From positions 1 through 53,726 of the forward strand of contig CAYYZZ010000001.1 in the NCBI GenBank assembly GCA_964476235.1: a stretch of 53,726 nucleotides of DNA, in the 5' to 3' direction. This DNA comes from an uncultured Streptomycetaceae bacterium. Lineage in GTDB: Bacteria; Pseudomonadota; Gammaproteobacteria; Burkholderiales; SG8-41. Below are positions 39,202-51,147 of the stretch, in pieces; the stretch's first letter is position 1, and every line of letters begins with the position of its first letter. Made by a program: the position numbers and the translations under genes. The notes beneath the pieces were generated by a model, which did not search any database, had not been told where the DNA came from, and saw only the letters and a program-made list of their open reading frames with translations.

Positions 39202-39346
39202 CTTAGCAAAACATTGACGGTGCGCAAACGATCAAAAACCCGCCGGGTTCTATTGCTCTATCCTGCTGTTTAAAGGGATATTTTGCTTGACCTGGACGGC
39301 TGCAACCGGTAACGTTGCGGGTTTCCGTATTGCTTGGGCTCATGCC

Positions 39347-41044
39347 ATGGAATTGACCGGCGCCGAAATCGTGGTGCGCTGCCTGCAGGAGGAGGGGGTC
39401 GAATACGTGTTCGGCTACCCTGGCGGGGCCGTGCTGTTCATTTACGACGAGCTGTTCAAGCAGAACAAGGTCAAGCACGTCCTGGTGCGCCACGAGCAGG
39501 GGGCGGTGCACGCCGCCGATGGCTACGCGCGCTCCACCGGCAAAGTGGGTGTCTCGCTTGTCACTTCCGGCCCCGGCGTCACCAACGCGGTGACCGGCAT
39601 TGCCACCGCGTACATGGATTCCATACCGCTCGTCATCATCACGGGTCAGGTGCCGACGCATGCCATCGGCCTGGATGCGTTCCAGGAGTGCGACACGGTG
39701 GGCATCACCCGCCCGTGCGTGAAGCACAACTTCCTGGTGAAGGACGTGAAGGACATCGCGGTCACGATCAAGAAGGCGTTCTATATCGCCTCCACCGGCC
39801 GTCCCGGCCCGGTGGTGGTGGACATACCCAAGGACGTGACCCAGAACAAAGCCGAGTTCCGCTATCCCGAGACGGCCACCATGCGCTCCTACAACCCGGT
39901 CACCAAGGTGCACGGCGGGCAGATCAAGAAGGCGATCCAGACGCTGACGCAGGCCAAGCGCCCGATGATCTACACCGGCGGCGGCGTCATCCTGGGAGAT
40001 GCCTCCGAAGAGCTTGCCCAGCTGACCCGCGCGCTGGGCTTCCCGTGCACCAACACCCTGATGGGGCTGGGCGGGTATCCTGCGACCGACCGCCAGTTCC
40101 TCGGCATGCTCGGCATGCACGGCACCTACGAGGCCAACATGGCGATGCAGCACTGCGACGTGCTGCTCGCGATCGGCGCCCGCTTCGACGACCGCGTGAT
40201 CGGCAACCCCGAGCATTTCTACAACGCGCAGCGCACCATCATCCACGTCGACATCGACCCCTCGTCTATTTCCAAGCGCGTGAAGGTGGACATCCCCATC
40301 GTCGGCAACGTGCGCGAAGTGCTGCGCGATCTGATCAAGCAGCTCGAGGCTTCCCGGGAGAAACCCGACCCGGAAGCGCTCAAGGCCTGGTGGGCCCAGA
40401 TCGACGAGTGGCGCTCGCGCGATTGCCTCAAGTACGACCGCGCCAGCGCCCTCATCAAGCCGCAGTACGTGATCGAGAAGCTCTACGAGGTGACACGGGG
40501 CGACGCTTTCGTCACGTCCGACGTCGGCCAGCACCAGATGTGGGCGGCGCAGTTCTACAAGTTCGAGAAACCGCGGCGCTGGATCAATTCCGGCGGGCTT
40601 GGCACGATGGGCTTCGGTCTTCCCGCCGCGATGGGCGTGCAGCTCGCGCATCCCCAGTCGCCCGTGGCGTGCGTCACGGGCGAGGCGAGCATCCAGATGT
40701 GCATCCAGGAGCTCTCCACCTGCAAGCAGTACCGTCTGCCGATCAAGGTGGTCAATCTCAACAACAAGTACATGGGCATGGTGCGGCAGTGGCAGGAGTT
40801 CTTCCACGGCAACCGCTATGCCGAGTCATACATGGACGCGCTGCCGGACTTCGTGAGGCTGGCGGAATCCTATGGCCACGTCGGCATGAAGATCGAGAAG
40901 CCGGGGGACGTGGAGCCTGCGCTGAAAGACGCGTTCTCGCGCAAGAACGACCTCGTGTTCATGGACTTCGTCACCGACCAGACCGAGAACGTGTTCCCGA
41001 TGGTGCCGGGCGGCAAGGGTCTCTCGGAAATGATCCTGGTATGA
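39347..41044 (+). CDS. ilvI: acetolactate synthase large (catalytic) subunit
   Basis: Start set at MELTGAEIVVRCLQEEGVEYVFGYPGG. ThDP motif GLGTMGFGLPAAMG...N. The isozyme label (ilvI vs ilvB) is not resolvable by eye. Confidence 0.95.
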   Translation: MELTGAEIVVRCLQEEGVEYVFGYPGGAVLFIYDELFKQNKVKHVLVRHEQGAVHAADGYARSTGKVGVSLVTSGPGVTNAVTGIATAYMDSIPLVIITGQVPTHAIGLDAFQECDTVGITRPCVKHNFLVKDVKDIAVTIKKAFYIASTGRPGPVVVDIPKDVTQNKAEFRYPETATMRSYNPVTKVHGGQIKKAIQTLTQAKRPMIYTGGGVILGDASEELAQLTRALGFPCTNTLMGLGGYPATDRQFLGMLGMHGTYEANMAMQHCDVLLAIGARFDDRVIGNPEHFYNAQRTIIHVDIDPSSISKRVKVDIPIVGNVREVLRDLIKQLEASREKPDPEALKAWWAQIDEWRSRDCLKYDRASALIKPQYVIEKLYEVTRGDAFVTSDVGQHQMWAAQFYKFEKPRRWINSGGLGTMGFGLPAAMGVQLAHPQSPVACVTGEASIQMCIQELSTCKQYRLPIKVVNLNNKYMGMVRQWQEFFHGNRYAESYMDALPDFVRLAESYGHVGMKIEKPGDVEPALKDAFSRKNDLVFMDFVTDQTENVFPMVPGGKGLSEMILV

Positions 41045-41532
41045 GGCACATCATTTCCGTGTTGCTCGAGAACGAGTCGGGCGCGCTCTCGCGCGTGGCC
41101 GGACTGTTCTCCGCGCGCGGCTACAACATCGAATCGCTGACCGTCGCGCCGACCGAGGACCCGACGCTATCGCGCATGACCATCGTCACCGCCGGCTCGG
41201 ACGAGGTGATCGAGCAGATCACCAAGCAGCTGAACAAGCTGGTGGACGTGGTGAAGCTGGTGGACCTGTCCGACGGTGACCATATCGAGCGCGAGCTGAT
41301 GCTGGTCAAGGTGCGCGCGGTGGGCAAGGACCGCGAGGAGATGAAGCGCATGGTGGATATCTTCCGCGGGCGCATCATCGACGTGACCGACAAGGACTAC
41401 ACCATCGAGCTGACCGGCACCGGCGCCAAGCTCGACGCCTTTCTCAAGGCGATAGAACGCGGCGCGATACTCGAGACGGTGCGCACCGGCGCCTCCGGCA
41501 TCGGCCGCGGCGACCGGGTATTGAGAGTCTAG
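41041..41532 (+). CDS. ilvH: acetolactate synthase small (regulatory) subunit
   Basis: ATGA overlap with the large subunit. ACT domain MRHIISVLLENESGALSRVAGLFSARGYNIESL. Only this part of track ORF 39334..41532 is real. Confidence 0.93.
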   Translation: MRHIISVLLENESGALSRVAGLFSARGYNIESLTVAPTEDPTLSRMTIVTAGSDEVIEQITKQLNKLVDVVKLVDLSDGDHIERELMLVKVRAVGKDREEMKRMVDIFRGRIIDVTDKDYTIELTGTGAKLDAFLKAIERGAILETVRTGASGIGRGDRVLRV

Positions 41533-42642
<1,110 letters not shown>

Positions 42643-42643
<1 letters not shown>

Positions 42644-42738
42644 GATTGAGTTATTAGGATTGAGGATTGAGCCAAGCATGAATACAAAAGATAACTCGCG
42701 GGCGGAACTCGATCCTCAATCCTCGATCCTCAATCCTG
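42643..42738. repeat. inverted heptamer array (unit GGATTGA)
   Basis: GGATTGA GTTATTA GGATTGA GGATTGA on the left. GATCCTC AATCCTC GATCCTC AATCCTG on the right. The loop and right arm lie inside the psd reading frame. Confidence 0.85.
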
Positions 42739-43382
42739 CGGTCCGCTATCCGCACCCGATCATCGCGAAGGAAGGCTGGCCGTTCATCGCGGCGGCGGTT
42801 GCGGCCGCGGCAGCCACGCACTGGATCGCCGGCGCCTGGTGGGCGGCGCCGTTATGGCTGGTCACTGCCTTCATGGTGCAGTTTTTCCGGGATCCGCCGC
42901 GAGCGATCCCGCAGGAGTCGAAGGCGGTGCTTTCTCCAGCCGACGGCCGCATCGTCGCGGTCGAGCGCGCGCGCGATCCCTATCTCGAGCGCGATGCGCT
43001 CAAGATGAGCGTGTTCATGAACGTGTTCAACGTTCACTCCAACCGCAGCCCGGTGGACGGTGAGATCCGCGATGCCTGGTATCACCGCGGCAGCTTCTTC
43101 AATGCCGCCCTGTCCAAGTCCTCGCTCGAGAACGAGCGTGCTGCGCTGTGGATCAAAACACCGGGCGGGGCGGACGTAACCTGCGTGCAGATTGCCGGTC
43201 TCATTGCGCGCCGCATCCTGTGCTACGCGAGAACCGGGCAGCGGCTCGCGCGCGGCGAACGCTACGGTTTCATCCGCTTCGGCTCGCGCGTGGATCTTTA
43301 CCTGCCACCCGACTCGCGGCCGGTTGCGTCCATGGGCGACAAGGTCTATGCCACCGAAACGATACTCGCCACACTGCCGTAG
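42678..43382 (+). CDS. psd: phosphatidylserine decarboxylase proenzyme (short form)
   Basis: [14 protein letters not shown] and [14 protein letters not shown] (G-S self-cleavage context). The only in-frame start upstream of the conserved core is ATG 42678 (or TTG 42660), inside the repeat element. Confidence 0.85.
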   Translation: MNTKDNSRAELDPQSSILNPAVRYPHPIIAKEGWPFIAAAVAAAAATHWIAGAWWAAPLWLVTAFMVQFFRDPPRAIPQESKAVLSPADGRIVAVERARDPYLERDALKMSVFMNVFNVHSNRSPVDGEIRDAWYHRGSFFNAALSKSSLENERAALWIKTPGGADVTCVQIAGLIARRILCYARTGQRLARGERYGFIRFGSRVDLYLPPDSRPVASMGDKVYATETILATLP

Positions 43383-43392
43383 AGTACCAAGG

Positions 43393-43475
43393 CGTGATTC
43401 GTGATTCGTGAATCGTGATTCGTGAATCGCATGATCGCCCCGGTCTTTTTCACGACTCACGACTCACGACTCACG
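43393..43475. repeat. inverted heptamer array (GTGATTC/GTGAATC x5 vs ACGACTC x3)
   Basis: Read directly. It lies between the psd stop (43380) and the pssA start. Confidence 0.85.
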
Positions 43476-43485
43476 GGGGTTGAGC

Positions 43486-44313
43486 ATGTACGAGCCGCGC
43501 GAACACAAGCTCTTCATCCGGTCGCGCTTCGCACGGCGCGGGATCTACTGGTTGCCCAATCTTTTCACGATCGCCGCGCTGTTCGCCGGCTTCTACGCCA
43601 TCGTCCAGGCGATGGGCGGCCGCTACGAGCAGGCGGCCATTGCGATCTTCGTGGCGATGGTGCTGGATGGTCTCGACGGACGCATAGCCCGCCTCACGCG
43701 CACGCAGAGCGCCTTCGGCGCGGAACTCGACAGCCTGTCCGACATGGTGTCGTTCGGCGTGGCGCCGGCGCTGGTGGTGTACGTGTGGGCGCTCAAGGAC
43801 TTCTCCGGCATGAAGACCGTGGCGCTGCTGGGACCCTGGCTCAGCACCAAGCTCGGCTGGATCGGCGCCTTCATCTACTGTGCCTGCGCGGCACTGCGGC
43901 TCGCGCGCTTCAATACTATGCTCGATGTCGCCGACAAGCGCTTCTTCCAGGGCTTGCCGAGCCCCGCCGCGGCGTGCCTCGTCGCGGGGCTGGTGTGGGC
44001 GTTGAACGAATACCAGATCAAGGGGGCGGACGTGAAGTGGCTCGCCTGGGGTCTGACGGTATTCGCCGGTCTCACCATGGTGAGCAACTTCAAGTTCTAC
44101 AGCGGCAAGGACATCAACCTGAGGAAGAGCGTGCCGTTCTCGGCCGTGGTCGGCATCACCTTCGGGCTGGTGGCGCTGTTCATGCTCTCCAGCACGCTGC
44201 CGGAGATGCTGTTCCTCCTGTCCGTGGCTTATGGCTGCTCGGGCTACGTGATCTGGATCTACGAGATGATCAAGGCCAGAGGGCCCGGCCGCATGCCGCC
44301 GCCGGCCGCCTGA
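43486..44313 (+). CDS. pssA: CDP-diacylglycerol--serine O-phosphatidyltransferase
   Basis: The track ORF starts at TTG 43480; ATG 43486 is preferred. CDP-alcohol phosphatidyltransferase motif DGLDGRIARL...GAELDSLSD. Confidence 0.9.
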   Translation: MYEPREHKLFIRSRFARRGIYWLPNLFTIAALFAGFYAIVQAMGGRYEQAAIAIFVAMVLDGLDGRIARLTRTQSAFGAELDSLSDMVSFGVAPALVVYVWALKDFSGMKTVALLGPWLSTKLGWIGAFIYCACAALRLARFNTMLDVADKRFFQGLPSPAAACLVAGLVWALNEYQIKGADVKWLAWGLTVFAGLTMVSNFKFYSGKDINLRKSVPFSAVVGITFGLVALFMLSSTLPEMLFLLSVAYGCSGYVIWIYEMIKARGPGRMPPPAA

Positions 44314-44365
44314 GGTGGGACCTCCGGCTTGCCTCCCTGCGGAAAAAGCGTTATATTTCCGCATC

Positions 44366-44443
44366 ATGTATCGCTTGACTCAGGCCAACGCGCTTTACCT
44401 TCTTGCCAGCCTTCTGCTGGCCGGCCTGCTGCTGCGCCCGTAG
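44366..44443 (+). promoter_or_regulatory. putative Leu-rich leader peptide and attenuator region upstream of leuA
   Basis: ATG 44366 to TAG 44441-44443 encodes MYRLTQANALYLLASLLLAGLLLRP, with 10 Leu in 25 residues. A GC-rich hairpin (about 44478-44504) lies between it and leuA. Confidence 0.5.
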
Positions 44444-44571
44444 GCGCGCAACCACTTTCCCCACAATCTGATGTTTTGGCCCGCGCGGTAAGTGCCGCGG
44501 CGGGACATTTATAGAACACTCGCGTTCACCGGCCTGTCCGGGCGGGAACCGCGGCTACCCTGGAGACATCC

Positions 44572-46113
<1,542 letters not shown>

Positions 46114-46144
46114 TATCTGGAGAGGCTGTCCCTGATCTAGGGGT

Positions 46145-46178
46145 GCATGAGGGGAGCATGAGGGGAGTATCCCCTCAT
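46145..46178. repeat. GCATGAGGGGA x2 followed by the inverted copy TCCCCTCAT (same palindrome as 15917)
   Basis: Read directly. It lies between the leuA stop and the next gene. Confidence 0.75.
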
Positions 46179-46195
46179 AACTTTAGGGGAGGGGC

Positions 46196-47182
46196 ATGAT
46201 GAGAATCAGGCAGGGTGTAGCAGCACTGGTTGCGGCCGCGGCGCTACTCGCTGCAGGCGGGGCCCACGCGCAATATGCGTCCGAGCTGGGGAAGCTTGCG
46301 CCGGAGGCGCTCAAGGGGGGCGCGAAGCCGCAGCCGGCGCAGCTGAAGCAGGTCGCGCCCGACCTGTATTTCTTCTGGAACGACGGCTCGTCGAACGCGA
46401 TGTTCATGGTCACCGATGAAGGCGTGCTGGTCGTCGACACCCAGCAGCATCCGGCCGATGCGCGCAGGCTCCTCGCCCTGATCCGCAAGACCACCGACAA
46501 GCCGGTCAAGTGGGTGGTGGTGACGCACGCGCACGGCGACCACTATCTCGGCAACCCCGTGTTCAAGGCCGAAGGCGCGACCATCGTCTCGCACCGGGAC
46601 ACGCGCGGCATGATGCAGAAGTATTACAAGGACGAGGTGCAGCGCCGGCAGGCTTATTTCAAGCGCTACAATCTCGACCCGGGCGAGCTGCAGATGGTGC
46701 TGCCCGAGGTTACCTTCGACACGCGTTTCACGATCCACCTCGGCGGGCGCGCGGTCGAGCTCATGCACTGGGGCGCGGCGCAGAACCCGGGGGACACGCT
46801 GATCCACTTCCCGCACGCGCGGACCCTGTTCCTCGGCGGGCCGTTCTCCCGCAGGAACTGGTCGAACTACTCGTTCACGCCGTCAGTGGAGAACTGGATC
46901 GCCGTGCTCAGGAAGGCGGCCGCGTTCGACGCGGATACGTTCATCGGCGGGCACGGTGACGTCTCGACCCGCGAGGACCTGCTCGAGTACGCGCAGATGC
47001 ACGAGGATTTCCTGAAGGCGGTCAAGGCCGGCATTGCGGAAGGCAAGAATCGCGACGAGCTCGCCGACACGATCAAGATGCAGCAGTACGGCCACTACCG
47101 GAATTTCCACCGCATGCGCGGCTGGGTCTACGCGCTGCACCACCTGCTTACCACCGGCAAGCCGATGGCGGCCTATCCGTGA
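46196..47182 (+). CDS. exported MBL-fold metallo-hydrolase
   Basis: Signal peptide MMRIRQGVAALVAAAALLAAGGAHA and the motif VVVTHAHGDHYLG. Confidence 0.8.
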   Translation: MMRIRQGVAALVAAAALLAAGGAHAQYASELGKLAPEALKGGAKPQPAQLKQVAPDLYFFWNDGSSNAMFMVTDEGVLVVDTQQHPADARRLLALIRKTTDKPVKWVVVTHAHGDHYLGNPVFKAEGATIVSHRDTRGMMQKYYKDEVQRRQAYFKRYNLDPGELQMVLPEVTFDTRFTIHLGGRAVELMHWGAAQNPGDTLIHFPHARTLFLGGPFSRRNWSNYSFTPSVENWIAVLRKAAAFDADTFIGGHGDVSTREDLLEYAQMHEDFLKAVKAGIAEGKNRDELADTIKMQQYGHYRNFHRMRGWVYALHHLLTTGKPMAAYP

Positions 47183-47203
47183 CGGGTGAATGCGTAACAA
47201 GCG

Positions 47204-47235
47204 AAGGGCCGCGGATTCCGCGGCCCTTTCATTTT
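47204..47235 (+). terminator. rho-independent terminator
   Basis: AAGGGCCGCGG-ATT-CCGCGGCCCTT followed by TCATTTT. Confidence 0.8.
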
Positions 47236-47244
47236 GCCTGCCAT

Positions 47245-47409
47245 TGCCGTTCCAACTATTTGCGGGTAATCCAGTCAGTTCTTCATGCCCTGATTACCGC
47301 CGGCAGGCAAGCCCCGTTCCAACCTGTGCCTCAATGATGATGAGAACCTGCGAACCCTGGTTGGAACGGGGCAAGCCGCCCAAGTTTAGAGAAACAAGTT
47401 GGAACGGCA
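47245..47409. repeat. nested inverted repeats carrying four copies of CCGTTCCAAC / GTTGGAACGG
   Basis: Outer pair is TGCCGTTCCAACT (47245-47257) / AGTTGGAACGGCA (47397-47409). Inner pair is CCCCGTTCCAACC (47312-47324) / GGTTGGAACGGGG (47359-47371). Confidence 0.8.
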
Positions 47410-48243
47410 CTAGCCTTCGACGTGGTGACGCGCGCCTGACGCGGCGGCGCGCAGCTGATTCTTCACGTCCTTGACGCCGGCAACCCGGGAGGCGATCTCG
47501 ACCGCGTGCTTGTGCTCCTGGCCCGGATCCACCAGTCCCGCGAGGGTCGCAACGCCGTCCTCGCAGGTGATCGAGAACATCATCTTGCTGGTCCGCGCAT
47601 CCTCGCGCAGTGCCGCCCGAATATGGGCGGACAGCGCGAGATTGCGGAACATGCGCATGGACTCCGGCGTCTCCTGGAACGTCGAGTCGTCGATCAGGCC
47701 CATCACTTCGTCGGCGCATTCCTCGATCGTTAGGCGCTCGGTGTTGAGCACCAGGTCGTACTGGTCGGAGTGCTGCCAGCTGATACCGAAGTGGCGGCGC
47801 GTGATCGCCCCGTGCGCTTCCTCTGAGAGCTTGATCTCGTTCACCACGAAGTCGCGGTCATCCGTGTTGAGCCGTTCCATCATCCGCTTCACGCGCACCT
47901 CCAGTGGGGCGCAGACGCGCACGGAAATCACGTGCAGCACCGGGCGCAACAGGTGGGTGGCCCCCCAGCCCCGGATCACGGCGACCTTGCCGCTCTCGGC
48001 CAGCGCGAAAGTCTCGTCGGCCGTGTAGATGGACAGGCTGGTCTTGTCCGTCGTCAGCCGCTCCCAGATCCCGGACCGGCCCTCCAGGAAGCGGATGACG
48101 TGGCTTTTCCTCAGGCGCATCTTGCTGGCGAGACTGTCTATGATCTCGTGATGCACCACCTGCTTGCTGAGGCGGTCTGCGATCGCCGCCGCGACATCCT
48201 TGCCGAGCGATCCCATTTCACGGGTCATCGCGATGAGTGGCAT
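47410..48243 (-). CDS. cytidylate-kinase-like family protein with C-terminal BON domain
   Basis: 277 aa. The N-terminus IAMTREMGSLGKDVA resembles the cytidylate kinase-like (family 2) P-loop. The C-terminus DGVATLAGLV...IASRVAGVKDVKNQL is BON-like. Confidence 0.65.
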   Translation of the reverse strand: MPLIAMTREMGSLGKDVAAAIADRLSKQVVHHEIIDSLASKMRLRKSHVIRFLEGRSGIWERLTTDKTSLSIYTADETFALAESGKVAVIRGWGATHLLRPVLHVISVRVCAPLEVRVKRMMERLNTDDRDFVVNEIKLSEEAHGAITRRHFGISWQHSDQYDLVLNTERLTIEECADEVMGLIDDSTFQETPESMRMFRNLALSAHIRAALREDARTSKMMFSITCEDGVATLAGLVDPGQEHKHAVEIASRVAGVKDVKNQLRAAASGARHHVEG

Positions 48244-48376
48244 GGTCTCTCCCCCCAGCCAATGTGTGAGTGAACGAGGATATCACGCCAGCCCTGCCTG
48301 TAAACCCACGGACCGGATACGCGCCGGAACCGGCTATGATAGTCGGACCCAATCGTGGAATCCGCGGCGGCTGACG

Positions 48377-48577
48377 ATGGCGAAGTGGCTGATAACCCTT
48401 GGAATCATCCTGGCGGCGCTGGGCCTGGCTTGGCCGCTGCTGGCGAAGCTCGGGCTGGGCAGCCTGCCCGGTGATGTGAAGCTGGAACGTAAGGGCTTTA
48501 CCTTCTACTTCCCGATCACCACCAGCCTGATCGCTTCGGCGCTGATCACGCTGGTGCTGTGGATCTTCCGGCGCTAG
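48377..48577 (+). CDS. DUF2905-like small membrane protein
   Basis: 66 aa with two TM helices: MAKWLITLGIILAALGLAWPLL...LPGD...FYFPITTSLIAS. Confidence 0.7.
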   Translation: MAKWLITLGIILAALGLAWPLLAKLGLGSLPGDVKLERKGFTFYFPITTSLIASALITLVLWIFRR

Positions 48578-48780
48578 CGCGCCGAAGCGCGGAGCGGAAA
48601 AACGGGGTGAATCGCCCAACCCGGAGCCGGCCACGGCTTCGGGAAGTTATCCCTGCAGGGCGCCTGAGTCAGCGCACGAAGCAGTTGGGATCGAACAACA
48701 GCTGGTCGCGCGGCACCGGGCTCTTGATTTCCTCGACGTAGGAACCGCCAGCACGAGCCGCCGGACAGCGACACCGATGT

Positions 48781-48823
48781 GTCAATAAGGAGTCAATGAG
48801 ACGTCAATGAGAGGCGTCAATGA
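48781..48823. repeat. four tandem copies of GTCAAT(G/A)A(G) with periods 11, 11 and 13 nt
   Basis: Copies start at 48781, 48792, 48803 and 48816. The last copy contains the stop of the DUF2069 gene. Confidence 0.8.
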
Positions 48824-49161
48824 CCGCGCCGCGCCCGGCGCACGTAACCAATCGCGCTGACGAAGAATGCGATCGCGAGCGCGATCTCGACGTGCGCAAG
48901 CCGCGCCGCGGTCCCGGAATCGCTCCAGGCGCGCACCGCGCCTTCGATGAAGTAGGCTAGAACGAGCAGCAGCGCCCATTGATAGGTGTAGACCCGCCCG
49001 CGCAGCACGCCGGTGAGCGGCGCAAGCAGCGGCACGGCCTTCAGCACCAGCCACGAGCCGCCGGGCCGCAGCGGCGCGAGCCACAACTCCCACGCGAGGC
49101 AGAGGAAGATGAGCGCGATCAGGCTCGAGCAGGCCGCGAGGTAGGCGATGCGGCCGGTCAT
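48817..49161 (-). CDS. DUF2069-like membrane protein
   Basis: 114 aa with 4 TM helices, directly downstream of wrbA. I recall this pairing from other proteobacteria. Confidence 0.7.
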   Translation of the reverse strand: MTGRIAYLAACSSLIALIFLCLAWELWLAPLRPGGSWLVLKAVPLLAPLTGVLRGRVYTYQWALLLVLAYFIEGAVRAWSDSGTAARLAHVEIALAIAFFVSAIGYVRRARRGH

Positions 49162-49267
49162 GCTGCCGCCTCTGACAGAAGATCGGTTGATCCGAACTGA
49201 TCGTGTCGGCGGCTGCGAGAGTTCGACCTGGTCGCATCCCCGGAAACCGGGGCCCCTGCTTCCCGGC

Positions 49268-49897
<630 letters not shown>

Positions 49898-49902
49898 TTA
49901 TA

Positions 49903-50484
49903 TTGATACTGTCTGTCGCCGGGGACGGCATCGTGCCGATCATCACCGTCGCGCTGACGATGATCTCGGCGTTCCCGGTGTTCCGCGAGCTGATGCTGCA
50001 TGTCCAGCAGTTCCTGGTCGGGAACATGCTGCCCGAGTCTGCCGAGTCCATCGCCGCCTACACCGAGCAGTTCGCCGAGAACGCGGCGAGGCTCACCGCC
50101 GTGGGCGTCCTGTGCCTGTTCGTCACCGTGCCCGGCCTTCACACCGTCGTGAAGCTTCCCGTGGACCGGATCGAGGCGACGCTCGACGCGATGAGCGCGG
50201 CGCATTGGGTAGGCAAGGTGGCGCGCGGGTGGACGCTCACGAAAGACGCGGCCGGAATCAGCGTGGCCGACGTCTACCACCAGTTCGTGTTTCGCGCCGG
50301 CGCCCGGCTGCCGGTGCGCCAGTCGGGGCAGGAACTCGACCGCCTCGCGCTCGAGCTGGCCGGGGGCGTCGAGAACAGTCTCAGGTTATCGCTCGAGGAG
50401 TTGTTCCGCCGGGCTGCCGCTGGCGGCGAGCCATCCGCCGTGGGCGATCAGCGGTCGGCCGCAAACGTTTTACGTCTCGGCTGA
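49903..50484 (+). pseudogene. decayed YihY/BrkB-family gene: N-terminal fragment joined in frame to the C-terminal soluble domain
   Basis: TTG start only. Residues ~8-75 (IITVALTMISAFPVF...NAARLTAVGVLCLFVTV) match the first helices of YihY proteins. Residues ~95-193 match the C-terminal extension of betaproteobacterial YihY (..GWTLTKDAAGISVADVYHQFVF). The central polytopic core and the first ~30 residues are missing. Confidence 0.5.
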
Positions 50485-50505
50485 TCGCCCGGGAATTCCA
50501 GCCGC

Positions 50506-51147
50506 TCAACCACGGTTTTCGGCGCGCGCGGCATCCGCGGTGTGCGTGGTGAAGTACCAGTCGCGCTGCCAGGCGCGCACCACCAGGCTGGGGTACTCGG
50601 GCTTGCCCAGGCTGCCGTTGTAGCGCCCGAGCGCGCGGTAGAGGTCGCCGCGCTCGATGTCCAGGTAGTGGCGCAGGATCACGCAGCCGTAGCGAAGATT
50701 GATGCGCAGATGGAAAAGGTTGTGATCCTTGTCGCCGATCAGCTTTACCCAGAACGGCATGACCTGCATGTAGCCGCGGGCGCCGGCGCGCGAGACCGCG
50801 TACTTGCGGAAATTGCTCTCCACCTGGATCAGCGCCAGCACCATCTGGGGATCGAGGCCGGCGCGCTTGGCTTCGTAATGCACCGTGACCAGGAATTCCT
50901 CGCGCTGCAGGCGGTCGGGCATGCGCTTCGCGAGGCGATTCGACATGGCGGCGAGCCAGCGCCTCGCTTCCACTTCGGTTTCGAACGCCAGAAACGGCGT
51001 GGCGTGATCGGCAACCGACTTGTGCAGCGCCGCCTGCACGCTGGCCGACAGGGGCTCGTAGGCCTGTGTGCCCGCATGCACTATCGCCGGGGCTGCGGCC
51101 ACCAGCACCCACCCCAGCCCGAGTATGGCGCGAGTTATTCTCCGCAC
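50506..51147 (-). CDS. lytic transglycosylase (SLT domain)
   Basis: Signal peptide plus [26 protein letters not shown]. Its start overlaps the proS 3' end by 13 nt. Confidence 0.85.
   Translation of the reverse strand: MRRITRAILGLGWVLVAAAPAIVHAGTQAYEPLSASVQAALHKSVADHATPFLAFETEVEARRWLAAMSNRLAKRMPDRLQREEFLVTVHYEAKRAGLDPQMVLALIQVESNFRKYAVSRAGARGYMQVMPFWVKLIGDKDHNLFHLRINLRYGCVILRHYLDIERGDLYRALGRYNGSLGKPEYPSLVVRAWQRDWYFTTHTADAARAENRG

Noticed and set aside
39334-41040. 732-aa ORF that appears to fuse a long N-terminal region to the acetolactate synthase small subunit.
   Set aside because: The first ~570 codons are a shadow frame over ilvI. The real small-subunit gene starts at ATG 41041, overlapping the ilvI stop.
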